Origin: Octopus bimaculoides
Lineage: Eukaryota
Reading direction: 5' to 3'
DNA: 64,000 nucleotides
Assembly: GCF_001194135.2 (NCBI RefSeq)
Contig: NC_068993.1
Coordinates: 52,249,762-52,313,761 of the forward strand
Below, one piece after another: positions 37,681-50,686 of this stretch (its first letter is position 1; each line of letters opens with the position of its first letter). Position numbers and translations under genes: made by a program. The notes beneath the pieces are model-generated. The model worked only from the letters and a program-made list of their open reading frames with translations, had not been told where the DNA came from and did no database searches.

Positions 37681-38306
37681 TAATCCTTTCTACTATAGAC
37701 ATAAGAACTGAAATTTTGCGGGAGGATCTAGTTGATTACATTGACCTTAGTGCTTGACTGGTACTTATTTTATCGACCCCAAAATGATGAAAGACAAAGT
37801 CAGTCTCAGTGGAATTTGAACTCAGAACATAGTAATGGATAACATGCTGCTAAGAATTTTGCCTGGTGTGCTAACAATTCTCCAGTGAGCACAAGGCCAG
37901 CAGTTTGGAGAGAGGAGGTAAGTCGATTACTTCAACCCTAACATCCAACTGATACTTTTTTTATTGACCCCCAAACGATGAAAGGCAAAGTCAACCCCAG
38001 TGGCATTTGAACTCAGAATGTAAATGCTGCTTAGCAGTTTGTCTAGTGTGCTAACAACCCTACTAACTTGCTGCCTTAATAGTAATAACAATGATGATTT
38101 CAAATTTTGGCACAAAGCCAGCAGTTTTAGAGGAGGAAGTAAATCAATTACATCGACCCCAGTGTCTGACTGGTACTTATTTTATAGACCCTGAAAGGAT
38201 GAGAGGCAAAATGGACCACAGCAGAATTTGAACTCAGAATGTAAAAACAAACTAAATGCTGCCACACATTTTGCCTGGCATGCTAACGATTCTGCCAGCT
38301 TGCCAA
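37681..38306 (-). mobile_element. Three head-to-tail SINE family B copies
   Basis: ATCGACCCC/TTGACCCC..ATGA(A/G)AG(G/A)CAAA..ATTTGAACTCAGAA repeated three times at ~200-bp spacing. Confidence 0.75.
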
Positions 38307-38328
38307 CTTAAATATAATAATAATAATG

Positions 38329-38385
<57 letters not shown>

Positions 38386-38902
38386 GAAAAAAGATGGTAT
38401 AAACACACGCCAGAAAAGGTCACAGAAAACGAGAAAGCAACCATACTCTGGGATATGCTAATACACACAGATAGAGAAATTAAGGCAAATAGACCAGATA
38501 TAGTTGTCAAAGATCATGAAGGGAAAAAATGCCTTCTAATTGATGTTTCAATACCAGCAGATGACACCGTTTCTCTAAAAGAAATGGAAAAACTTTCAAA
38601 ATACAAAGACCTGGAAATAGAGATAACTCGAATGTGAAATCTAAAAACAGAAACAATTCCTATCATAGTAGGTGCCTTAGGTATAATAAAAAAATATTCA
38701 GACAAATACATAACAAAAACACCAGGACTTACAAATATATATAACATACAGAAAATTGCACTACTGGGTACTGCACACATTCTACGCAAAACACTTTCAA
38801 TACAGTAAACATAAGAGCACCACAGCAAACCACAGCACATACCCAAGGCGCACAGAGCTGCGCTCGGTAGTGAAGTGAAAGCACGTTATAAAAATAAAAC
38901 TA

Positions 38903-38905
<3 letters not shown>
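38386..38905 (+). mobile_element. 5'-truncated Dong/R4-clade LINE (restriction-like endonuclease domain plus 3' UTR) inserted in (AAT)n
   Basis: WYKHTPEKVTENEKATILWDMLIHTDREIKANRPDIVVKD..CLLIDVSIP..EKLSKYKDLEIEITRM*NLKTETIPIIVGALG..GTAHILRKTLSIQ*; PD..D..K motif; one TGG>TGA stop; flanked on both sides by (AAT)n, the known Dong target. Confidence 0.9.
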
Positions 38906-38953
<48 letters not shown>

Positions 38954-39369
38954 AAAGATATTGATAGTTCTGCATTTATCGCCTCGTTGGAGTGACAGAC
39001 TAATGACTTAGTGTTTGCAATGTTACAAGCTGTAATAGAAAATCATACCTTCAAACATAATCACAAATTTGGTATTTTGTGCCAGTTTTACCTAATTATT
39101 ACATCAGTATTTCTATCATTTCATGGTGGAGCAATTTCTGTTAGAAGAGAGAATCCATTCAAAATGCAATTAAGATAATTACTAGCTTTCTTTTGATTAT
39201 TGAAATAAATACTCTTATAATTAGCATTATTCTTAAAAGGCACACACACCATTAAGAACCTTTGTGTTATTCCCTGACCTGACAAAAATAACAGTCAAAT
39301 TTCTTTAAAAACTACGATCTATCAACTTAAATGTGATGCCAGTTAAAATAATGAGTTTATTGTAAACAG

Positions 39370-39715
39370 TGAAGGTGCATGGCTCAGTGGTTAGAGCATC
39401 AGGCTTACAATTATGTGGTTGTAAGTTTGATTCTCTGACTGGGCTCTATATTGTATTCTTGAGTAAGATACTTTGTTTCATGTTGCTCCAGTTCATTCAG
39501 CTGTAGAAATTAGTTGCCATGTCACTGGTGCCAAGCGGTATCAGACTTTACCTTTCACTTGGACAGCATTGGCAGCATGGAGAAGGGAAACTGGTAGGCA
39601 TGAGGGACTGCTGGTCTTCCACAAACAGCCTTGTCCACACTTGTGCCTCAGAGTTGAACTTCCTAGGTGCAACCCCACGGTCATGCGTGACCAAAGGAGG
39701 TCTTTACCTTTACCC
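39370..39715 (+). mobile_element. SINE family D, full length
   Basis: GGCTCAGTGGTTAGAGC head through GGTCTTTACCTTT tail. Confidence 0.8.
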
Positions 39716-40859
39716 ATTGTAAATGGTGCTTCGCTTCACTACATTTTGTCAGAAAAGCAGCAATAAAACAAAGAAAGACAGTTATGATAACCAAAAGCAT
39801 ATGCATAGTATTTAGGACAAAACACAAGAGGACAGAAAAGTTAACAGTAAAAGAGTCATAAAGAATAAAGGATACATGAAAGCCTCGTGAGTAGATTTGG
39901 TAAATGGAAACTGAAAGTAGCCTGTTGTACATGCAAGCCCACTTAATTTTCAGTTTGCCCACACATATATACTCATGCACTTGCCCCCATTCACACATAC
40001 AGACTCACATGTACCATTCTCACATACACACATGCTTGTGCACCTTAGTTCATCTTGGTCACCATTATTATAATCTCCCTTTCATTCAGTCTCTTTCTTC
40101 CGGCCATGTCATTGTGTTGAACTGTTAATCCCGAAACATTTTTTTCTCTCCATTATTTTCGTTCTCTCTCCATTTTTTTTTTGTTTCCTTTTCCATTCTT
40201 TCTGAGCATTAATCTAATACACTTGCTGGTTGTTCTTTCACCTGTCTCCGTCTTTGTTTTCTGTAAATTTAAACTATATATATATATATATATNNNNNNN
40301 NNNNNNNNNNNNNNNNNNNNNNNNNNNNNNNNNNNNNNNNNNNNNNNNNNNNNNNNNNNNNNNNNNNNNNNNNNNNNNNNNNNNNNNNNNNNNNNNNNNN
40401 NNNNNNNNNNNNNNNNNNNNNNNNNNNNNNNNNNNNNNNNNNNNNNNNNNNNNNNNNNNNNNNNNNNNNNNNNNNNNNNNNNNNNNNNNNNNNNNNNNNN
40501 NNNNNNNNNNNNNNNNNNNNNNNNNNNNNNNNNNNNNNNNNNNNNNNNNNNNNNNNNNNNNNNNNNNNNNNNNNNNNNNNNNNNNNNNNNNNNNNNNNNN
40601 NNNNNNNNNNNNNNNNNNNNNNNNNNNNNNNNNNNNNNNNNNNNNNNNNNNNNNNNNNNNNNNNNNNNNNNNTACTTGTCAGATTGGTACTTATTGTTGG
40701 TTGAGATATATATATCTAATTATTGTTCTACTTACGATCTGACGAGTAGCTATATTTTTGAATAGAATTTATTTTCGATAATTTCAATTGATTTTAATCG
40801 ATTTAAATTTCTTTTCTATTTGAAAATTAGTTATGAAACACGTGTAATCTTTTTATTAT

Positions 40860-40990
40860 ATTTATCTTATGTTATTCACTTTACTTTATATTATACTCAT
40901 TTATTGTGCTTTTAATTATTAATTTTTCTATATGTGATAGTGGATTTTCATCGATGAGTTCTTGAAACTTGGTTATTTTCCCTAAAACTA
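40860..40990 (+). repeat. Dispersed AT-rich repeat (second copy inverted at 50683-50769), possibly a Penelope-type end
   Basis: ATTAATTTTTCTATATGTGATAGTGGATTTTCATCGATGA(G/A)TTCTTGAAACTTGGTT(A/C)TTTTCCCTAAAACTATATA shared; both copies end in (TA)n. Confidence 0.6.
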
Positions 40991-42640
40991 TATATTTTAT
41001 ATATATATATATATATAAAAAGTTAAATTCTGGTCATAGAGTGACCAATGGTTTTGTACCCATGGAAGCCACAGCCTTGTGGACAGCTCATTAGACTCTA
41101 TACAAAGACAAATTTAACTTTTCATCTTGCGGACATGAGGAAATGCTAGGATAACAAGGTCCAACAGCTAACCTATAACAACATATACATATGTTTGTAT
41201 GTACGTCTTTATGTCTGTGTTTATCTCCACAACACTGCTTGACGACGAGTGCTGGTGTGTTTAAATTCCCATAACTTAGCAGTCCAGCAAAAGAGGTCGA
41301 TAGAATAAGTACTAGGCTTTAAAAAAATAAGTCCTGGGATCAGTAAAACCCTTCAAGGCAGTACCCTAGAATGGCTGCAGTCAAATGACTGAAATAAGTA
41401 AAAAAATAAATGCTAAAAGAAAATTCATGTGTGCTGCACTCATGATTTGATTTAGACGTTTGTGGTAGAGATATCGAATTCACAAAGGTGGCCAAAGTTA
41501 TTGAACAGATGGTGGATAATCTACCAAGTCATCTACTTAATGTCAAAGCTTTAGTGCATTAAAGCCGAGAGAAGCAAGATGTTCAAAATGTGGTAAATGA
41601 CAAATGGAAGTTATTCATTTGGTTGGTTGCATGTTTTTGGACAGCTTCCACCAAATAAATATTCTGCACAAGATGGCAATTCCAGACTGGAGATGCCAAT
41701 TGTAAGTGTGAATATACCATAGCTGAATATAGCATTAACTAGGCAGCCAGTGACAAAAGTTTTACTAAGTAATGCTAAGAAGCCTTCAGCATTTTTGACA
41801 ATTTTAGACATGTGGTTTGTCCAACAAAGATAGAAGGGCATATTGGATGATGCAATCCAGGATTCACTATTATTGAGGAAAAGCAAGGTAGCTAGGCTTT
41901 GGATGATATTTAATCATAGGTTAGCTTGATTCAAGCTGACATGAAGCTATAAAATGACTTAAACCATAACCAATGTGCTAATTATTCAAAATAATTATCT
42001 ATAATGATAACAACCACAGTCCATAAATATTCATTTTGAATTCTCTCACTACTGGAAGCTTCTGCAGATATCTGGTTCCAACAGTTTTCTAGACAAGATT
42101 CATTGTTTTTATTTGTTAGTTGTTATTGTGAAGGTGCATGACTTAGTGGTCAGCATATTAACAGGAAAGCAATTTTGCAGTTGTATACAATCCCTGGTTG
42201 CACTGACATCATTATTTTAATGTCCGGTTTTCCATGCATGTATGGGTTGGACAGAGTTTACTGAGGCATATTTATTAGGGCCTGATGTCCTATTCTCAAC
42301 CCTCACGTGTTTCTAAGAAAAATAATATTTCCTCCATGGTTAGACATGTTTTCGCAAAATGCTGGAAATGAACGATGCTGCTTGTATGAGAGTGACACTC
42401 ATTTACAGCTATCACTCAATTTCAAAACAAAGAGACACAAATATACACTCACACATATACATACATATACATATCCTTTTTCTTTTATCTTTTACTTGTT
42501 TCAGTCATTGGACTGTGGCCATGCTGGGGCACCTCCTTGAAGAGTTTTGTTGAACAAATAGACCCCAGTTTTTATTTTATTTGTCTCTGTTGCCAAACTG
42601 CTAAGTTATGGAGGCATAAACAAATTGGTTATATACATTT

Positions 42641-42675
<35 letters not shown>

Positions 42676-42685
42676 NNNNNNNNNN

Positions 42686-42724
<39 letters not shown>

Positions 42725-43799
42725 GTGTGTATATGCAGCTGGCTTCTTTCAGTTTCCCTGTACTGGGATCAATGTAATCAAATCGCCCCTCCCCTCAAAA
42801 TTGGGAACCTTGTGCCAAAATTAGAAAGAATTATTATTGTTTGGAATTAACAGCTGTCTCAAGACAGTTCTGTGAAAGATTCAGAATTATCACATTTGTA
42901 TTTGAAGAAAACGGTTTCTTTTACATTATTTTGCCATGAGAAAAATTTGGAACTGTTAAGTGTTTGCCTTATTTACCTTGGAATGGAAAAATAAGATTTG
43001 TCCTTGGAGATTTTAAATTTTTTGATTTCTTGAAAGACTTTTTTTTTTAATGATTTAGTTGTAGCTGTTCAAGGTTTCTTTTCCTGGTATAGCATTGAGA
43101 AGTAATAGCCGCAATGCCCAATGGCACTGATCATGTCCTTAAGGAAAATATTTGCCAGAAATTTTTAAAAAAAAAGAAGAAATATAGAAAATGGCATTTA
43201 TGCTGACAGATTTATCCGAAAGGGAAGAAAGACAAAAGAGAGACGAAAGCAAAAAGAGGTAGTCATACATTGACACATAGAGGCCAAATTTTTAATAAGA
43301 GCTTTGCTTTCCTTACCAGCCAAAATCACTGGATAAAGGTTGGCTCCTGGAAAATTGTGTAAATAGAATAATATGGGAGAGATATGTTCCAAGTGATAAT
43401 CTTGCCTGAGGAATACATTGAAGAACAGTGTGTTTGTGTATGTGTGTGTTGTATGATTGAGTATTTAGTTATTTGCTTTAAAGAAAATTAATATTTCATA
43501 ATACATTAAGGCACAGAAGCCGCCTTTGCAACAACATGGTTTCAGGTTCAGTCCCACTGCACAGCATCTTGAACAAGTATCTTCTACTATAGCCCCAGGC
43601 TGGCCAATGCCTTGTGAATTTGGTAGATGGAAACTGTGTGGAAGCCCATTGTATATACATGAGTGTCTTTATGTTTGTCCCCACCAATTGCCTCTTGACG
43701 ACCAGTGTTGCTTTGTTTATGTCCTGATAGCTTAGCAGTTCAGTGCAAGAGACCAATAGAATAAGTTCTAGATTTTAAAAGAATAAGTACTGGGTCAAC

Positions 43800-44020
43800 C
43801 CTTATAACATGGTTACCATTCTTGGGAGGGTCATGAGGAGCAGAGTTGTCACGCACCTCCTCGATAGGATCCTATCAGGAGCAACCATCGTTAGAATTTT
43901 TGGCTGGATTCTCAAGCATGATCAACTAAAACTATAAATATTATCCACCCATCTCATTTTTGGTCTAACCTTAGGCCTCCTGCTCGTTAGCCAGGCTTGA
44001 AGAATCCTTCTTGTGACATT
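43800..44020 (-). mobile_element. Expander/Rex3-like RTE LINE 3' fragment
   Basis: TRRILQAWLTSRRPKVRPKMRWVDNIYSFS*SCLRIQPKILTMVAPDR matches the GxRPRGRPxxRWxDxI..LGI.P..L..VA.DR pattern. Confidence 0.65.
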
Positions 44021-44832
44021 CTGATTACATGTTCAAAGTACATTTTTCATTCACAATTTTACTCTTTAAATATATTCCATCAAATTTAGGTAATAAGGAA
44101 CCGAATTTGTAATTTGGTTGAGTTTTCTTAGTGAAGCAGATACAATAGGCTGATACATATAAACTTTTAGAGAGAAGAAAAAAAGTTAGTAGTAAAAATA
44201 AAATCTCCCTTTGCATCATGGTTTTAGCAAAAAAAATTTGTTAAGTATGATTTACATGTGATTAAAGCACTGTGTCCTTGAGCAAGGCACTTCATTTTAC
44301 ATTGCTCCATTCTGCTGAAAATGAGTACCAGCTGGGCATTGGTTCAGCTCTCTTTCTCTTTTGTCATATCATTAATGTTCTGCTGGATCAAGGATGGGAG
44401 GCTCAAGAATGCATCTACATTTGCTTGTGACTGTTTAGACAATGAAAACAATTATTGAAAGCATGGGACAAGGTCATAAGTCATAATTACTTGTAAGTGA
44501 TGGCTATGGTTTGTCATAAATGGTAGCTTGGTCACAGATGCATTATAAGTATAATGTCATTATTCTCAAGTTGTTGGGATTTCAATACAAGTATTGTTGG
44601 AAAGATTAGTAATCACTTATTCAGAGATGGAAAAAGAAAATAAAAAAAAAGAAAAATATAAAACTGAAATGTATGATTCATTTTTGTGTTGAGATTTGTT
44701 TGTAATGAACGTTAGTTATTAAAGTTATAACACTACCATAGAAATATTGACAGCAAGGTCAATAAAAATAGTTAAATAAAGGGCAACGGTGTCTGTTTTC
44801 TGTGAATGCTAACCAACAGACATTTTATGTAG

Positions 44833-44943
44833 ATAAATGAAATTATTTCCTTGTCTGAAGAAAAATATCTAAACAAAGTCCTATCTGATTGTCAAAGATA
44901 TCTAATAGAATTGATGGAGAGAAGATTTAGAAAGATCTTCTTA
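44833..44943 (+). CDS. Candidate internal exon (INEIISLSEEKYLNKVLSDCQRYLIELMERRFRKIFL)
   Basis: 111 nt, phase 0-0, TTTTATGTAG acceptor with upstream CTAAC branch-like site, TTA|GTAAAT donor; joins in frame to 36936-36994. Confidence 0.6.
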
Positions 44944-46309
44944 GTAAATAGAAAAATGTCAGGGCCACCCAGAAAATAAGATCTAGCTATATTCAATATC
45001 ACATATTCAAATATACCTATTGCCGAGATAATTCTTGTCTAAAGCTTCTTTTCCATTCCATTGTTGGTGTTCTACTGCTGTTACTGCTGCTGCTGTTGCA
45101 TACAGTTCTTTCATTTATTCTTTATCCTGCTATAAACTGGAATATTGATCTCTGTGTTAGTCTGATCATAAGATTTCATTTCCAGACTACTTTCTCTAGA
45201 TTACACACTCTAATTAATATATTTTCCAGATTCTGATGCAGGAAACGCTTTCATTACTGTTTTGTCCAACTTTATATAACCAAGTGCTTTTTAATTTTCA
45301 TATTCTTTTATTGACTGAACTAATCCATTTATATACAAGATAGAATTTATAACTCAAGTCTTCAGGTTCTGTTTTTCTCAGACTTTGATTGCTTTCACAG
45401 TTTCTCTTCTTGCTTTTCTTGTTAAATGGTCAAAAATCAATACGATATTTTTCATTGTTGTCTTCTAACCAGGTAAAGATGTTTTATTAAATATACCAAC
45501 TAGCTTCTGAATGCACAATTGTTGCTCCACATTCTATATTTACTTTCTGTGTTCATCTAAACAAAATAGGTGTCATTCATTGCTAATGATATTTATTTTC
45601 AATATTTTTGAAATATTAGCTTTGCAAATTTGATTTCAAGAATATTACACTGTTTATAAATATATGCATGTGCATTTATATTTCTGTGTGTGTGTGTGTG
45701 TGTGTGTCTGTAAATTATATGTACATGTATAAATATATACACATATGATCACCATCTTAATTTTTACATCTGCTTTCTGTACTGACATAGGTTAAAGTAG
45801 TCATTGTGTTTGGTGTCAGCATGCATTGGAATGGGGATGGAGGGATAATTCTCACATAACTGGAATCAAGGAACCTCATCTTGCTCACAGTTCCTCTTAC
45901 CACAGAAACCAAGCCAAAAATAAAACATACACACACACACACATTGTTGGCATTTTAGGAATTTGTAAACTTTCTGGAGAGCATGAAATAGTTCTTTGTT
46001 TACTTTTTGGAGTTGGGGAACAGTGGCTTTTGAAGTTATTATTTTGTAACTTTTAAGTGCTTTGAGATCCACTATTCCAAAAAAGAAAAAGAAGAAAAAA
46101 AAGAAAAGAAAAGAAAAGAAAGAAAAAAAAGAAAAGAAAAAAGCCTTGTTGTGTATTTGAGCCTGAAGGATTGCTTGGAAGCACAAAGCTAATTTATCGT
46201 GTTTCTACAGCATGAAACTAACAGTAGCTCATATTTAAATACCATTCTTTTATATGTTTCGGCCTTGAGACTGCAGCCATGCTGGGGCACTGCCATTGAT
46301 CATTATATT

Positions 46310-46590
46310 GAATGACGTGAGTGTGTGCGCGTGTGTGTATGTCATGCAGTGCTACATAAAAGCACTGCACAAGTGCTTTTGTGTCACACTGCATGGACAC
46401 CTTTCCAGAGTGCCGCAAGTGCTACATAAAAATACTCATGGTTGTGCTACATAAAGGTGCTCATGCAGTGTCACACAAAAGCATGTTTGTGGTATCATGT
46501 AAAAGCACCCAACACACTCTGTAAAGGGGCTGGCATTAGGAAAGGCATCATCTGAAGCATGGAAAAGCGGATGTTAAATATTAATGATGA
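46310..46590 (+). mobile_element. Family C (RTE 3' UTR) with internal tandem units, running into a long degenerate (GAT)n (to about 46850)
   Basis: Repeated GTGCTACATAAA units then GGCATTAGGAAAGGCATC..GCATGGAAAAGCGGATGTTAAA. Confidence 0.6.
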
Positions 46591-46622
46591 TTATGATGAT
46601 GGCGATGATGATGATGATGACA

Positions 46623-46662
<40 letters not shown>

Positions 46663-47313
46663 CGATGATGACGGCGATGATGATGACGATGGCGATGATG
46701 ATGACGATCATGATGATGACAATGTCGACAGTGATGACGTCAATGACAATGGCAGCAGCAGCAATGATGAAGATGACAATGACAACAACAACGATGGTGG
46801 TGATGATGATGACGATGATGAAAATGATGATGATGACAATGATGATGATGTTTGTGTATGTGTGTGTATGTGTACAGAGAGAGGTTCATCAGAACCAAGG
46901 AGAGTGTTTTGTCCTCGACAAAATTAAAACCCTGATATTATCTCTAGACATACTTCAGTAAGGGGGAAAATAGATGATGGAAACAAACCAGCTATTTAAG
47001 AAATATATTGTGTGTGCATATAGTTTACTCTGGTAGGGAAGACAGTGGTTATCCACCAAGTTGCAAGCAAGAGCAGTGAGAGCTGTTTTGTTATTTAAAC
47101 TAGTCAGCGGAGAATAATGTGAATGGTTGATGTGTATAGGAAAACAAGGTGTAAAAACGGAGAAACCTTGGATATATATATACACGTTTTACTCCTGGTA
47201 AACATTATGAATTTAATGAAAATATTTATTTGGGAAGTAAATAGAAGGAAACAGAAATAATAAATATGACTGTGACATGATTATGTTACTGAATAGTGTG
47301 TGCATATGTCTGC

Positions 47314-47353
<40 letters not shown>

Positions 47354-48199
47354 GTTTGTGCGCATACAAATTTGATGGTTTCCAGCATGTTCAAATCTAT
47401 TGGAATTTTGTATACTTTGAGGTCGGGGTGAAAACAAACAGATACTAACAAATGAGCACAGGCATGGCTTTATGGTTAACAAGTCCACTTCACAATCATA
47501 TAGTTCTTGGGGTTTTTTTTTAAATTAAAATTTTTATTTGTTTCAGCCATTTGAGTGCAGTGATGCTGGGGCATCACCTTGAAGAATTTTTAATCAAATG
47601 AATTAACCCCAGTATGTTTGTTTGTTTTTTTAATTTTTAAGCCTGGTACTTATTCTGTTGGTCTTTTTTGCCAAACTAAGTTACAAAGATGTAGACACAC
47701 CAACACTGGTTGTCAAGCAATGGTGGGGGACAAACACAGACCCCAAAATACACATACATAGATATATATGTGTGTGTGTGGCTGATGTCAATCCCACCTG
47801 ACTCACACCATTCAAGCTTGGCCAATGCCAGTGCCACCTGACTGGCACCTGTGCCAGTGGCACATAAAAGGCACCTACTACACTCTCAGAGTGGCTGGTG
47901 TTAGGGAGGGCATCCAGCTGTAGAAGCTTTGCCAAATCAGATTGGAGCTGGTGCTGCCTCCCAGCCTGCCAGTTCTCAGTCGAACTGTCCAACCCATACC
48001 AGCATGGAAAGCGAATGTTAAACAATGATGGTGATGGTGATTGTGTGTGTGTGTGTGTGTAGTTATGGTATATTTCGTTAGGAACATGATAGAGTACAGT
48101 ATAAAGCTTGTACACCTTCAGAATTGCTCAGTACTATGCAGTAGTGTTATTATATACTTCCAAGTTTATTTTGGGGCATTCGTCATGTGTGAGTATAAG

Positions 48200-48531
48200 A
48201 TTGAAGAAATTGGAGTCAACAAGGAGTACTGTTAGAAAGTTATTTTTTAATTGCTACAATTGTTTCGACACAGCGTAGTTCTCCAGCAATACGGATATTT
48301 GATTATGCAACTGTTTGTTTGCATAATGAGATCTAGTTGTGTTTCCTCAGACAATATACGAAACAACACTCACATATTGCCTGAAGAAACACAACTAGAT
48401 CTCATTATGCAAACAAATAGTTGCATTATCAAATATCTGTATTCCTGGAGAACTACATCGTGTCAAAACAATTGTAGCAATTAAAAAATAACTGTCTAAC
48501 TGTATTCCTTGATGACTCCAATTTCTTCAAT
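48200..48531. mobile_element. Long palindrome (158-bp arms, 16-nt spacer, about 90% identity); probable inverted Penelope-type terminal repeats
   Basis: 48200-48357 is the reverse complement of 48374-48531 with about 14 mismatches counted by eye. Confidence 0.85.
48250..48356 (-). ncRNA. Type I hammerhead ribozyme-like motif with extended stem II
   Basis: AUUGU-CUGAGGA-AACAC-[67 nt]-GUGUC-GAAA-CAAUUG-UA-GCAAU; stems I, II and III pair; predicted cleavage after GUA between 48255 and 48254. Confidence 0.6.
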
Positions 48532-49331
48532 TATATANNNNNNNNNNNNNNNNNNNNNNNNNNNNNNNNNNNNNNNNNNNNNNNNNNNNNNNNNNNNNNN
48601 NNNNNNNNNNNNNNNNNNNNNNNNNNNNNNNNNNNNNNNNNNNNATATATTGGGCTTCTTTCAGTTTCCATTTACCAAATCAGCTCACGGGCCTTTGCCG
48701 GCCCAAGGATATAGTAGAAGACACTTTCTCATGGGGTCACACAGTGGGACTGAACCTGGAACCATGTCGTTGGGAAGTGAACTTCTTACCACACAGTAAC
48801 TCCATTTCTCTTAACCTTGACCAACCACAGTCTTGGGTTGACTAAAACATTATGAGTGACATCTGGTTGATAGAAACTATCCAGAAGCCTATTCTCTGGG
48901 TATGTTTGTGTTTATCTTTTACTGATGTACATTGACAAACGATGTAAACAAAAACTTGAAAACTAATGCTTTTTGAAATCCCTTTAGATAGTTGTTCTGC
49001 ATTGAATTAAACACTTCCTTGTCACTCAAGTTATTTGAAATACATTGAATTAGCAATAAGTGTGTTGGAAACCTGTAACCAACAACACTTGTTTGCAAAT
49101 TGCTTCATAAAATACATAAATAATTACTTTTAAATTTAAATTGTAAATAATTACTCACAGCAAACTTTATCTTAGAGCAGAAGATGCATAACCATTTATT
49201 AAATAGTTGTGTTTAATTAAGATTTCATTATTGCTATGTCTCGTTTAATTTTATGCAATGAACTAACTAAATTTGTTGATATTTAAATAAATCTTTGATT
49301 AACTTGAGGTTTCTCCTACATTTAATATCAG

Positions 49332-49394
49332 ACAAATGCATGAACAGATGTTTACTCATTTAACAAGCTACTTACAAGAATTATCTTATTTGAA
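49332..49394 (+). CDS. Candidate exon (QMHEQMFTHLTSYLQELSYL)
   Basis: TTTCTCCTACATTTAATATCAG acceptor, GAA|GTGCGT donor, symmetric phase 2-2. Confidence 0.35.
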
Positions 49395-50024
49395 GTGCGT
49401 ACATTCTTGAAGAATGTATACGCTAAGAAATGTGAGTTGGAACAAAATCTAAATAACACTGTATAACTTTATTTTTCTGCATGATGGTGCCCCAGCATGA
49501 CCATACACCAATTATTGAAACTAGTGAATGAAAAATTATTAAAACAGAATGAAGTGTCCAAGCTGAAAAAAGTACTAAATATCCAAGAATGAAATTTATT
49601 CCAGAGTTAAATGATTTAAAAGAATTTGTGTGTGTGTGTGTGGTACAGGTATAGCTTTAGTCTTGGATTGAATTCTAGAACATGGCACCTTGGGTAAGTG
49701 TCTGTTAAGTGGTTGCCATTTGGAAGGGCATCCAGCTGTAGAAACCAAGCCAAAACACATAGCTGGAACTTAGTGCGGTTCTCCATCTTGCAAGCTCTAG
49801 CCAAACCGTCCAAGCTATGCCAGCATGGAAAGTGGACATTTGATGACGGTGACAGCAACGATGATGACAATCATCACTGAGAAAGTAGAGAGATTTTGAA
49901 TGTTAAAGCTGGTTGTTGTTAATGTTTGCCACCATCACTTTCCATGTGTTGGAAATGAGGTAGCACACACACATGCACACACGTACACACACACACACAC
50001 ACACATGCACACGCGCACACACAT

Positions 50025-50066
<42 letters not shown>

Positions 50067-50652
50067 ATCTCAGATCTACAGCAGCCTGGTTATGTATCCA
50101 GTTACAATTAAAATACTATTTATTGACCTACTTGCACAAAACAAGGTTACTGAGGTCACCAAATTGTATCATTAAATTTCTCGTTCAGTTTTCTTTTTAT
50201 TTATATATTTATTCATTTATTTGCTGCTTTACTTTTATGGGAAAACCTTGAATTATTAATATCTATCATTCTTTGTTGTGTTTGAGTTCTTTTAGCATAA
50301 TCCGTATGTTCTTGTCTATATAAACCTTACCAGTTGACCTCGTCGTAATAAATAATATTCGTAAATGTTGTACATTTTTAGTATATCTGCATCAAAGGTG
50401 GCGAGCCGGCAGAAACCTTAGCACACCGGGCGAAATGCTTAGCGGTATTTCGTCTGCTGTTACATTCTGAGTTCAAATTCCGCCAAGGTCGAATTGAATG
50501 TATAACGGAATTAGATTATCATATGGGTAGAAGTACAGAGTATATCTTAAAACAACAAAGAGAACTATTCTCTTCATTACGGGTGGATAAATATAAGATA
50601 TCGTAAAATATGGTATCGAATAAAAGGGGTAATCAAATTAGAGGTATACTAA

Positions 50653-50686
<34 letters not shown>

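Noticed and set aside
40945-40985. TCGATGA..GAAAC..GTT as a hammerhead candidate
   Set aside because: The flanks cannot form stem I in either copy and the core is non-canonical.
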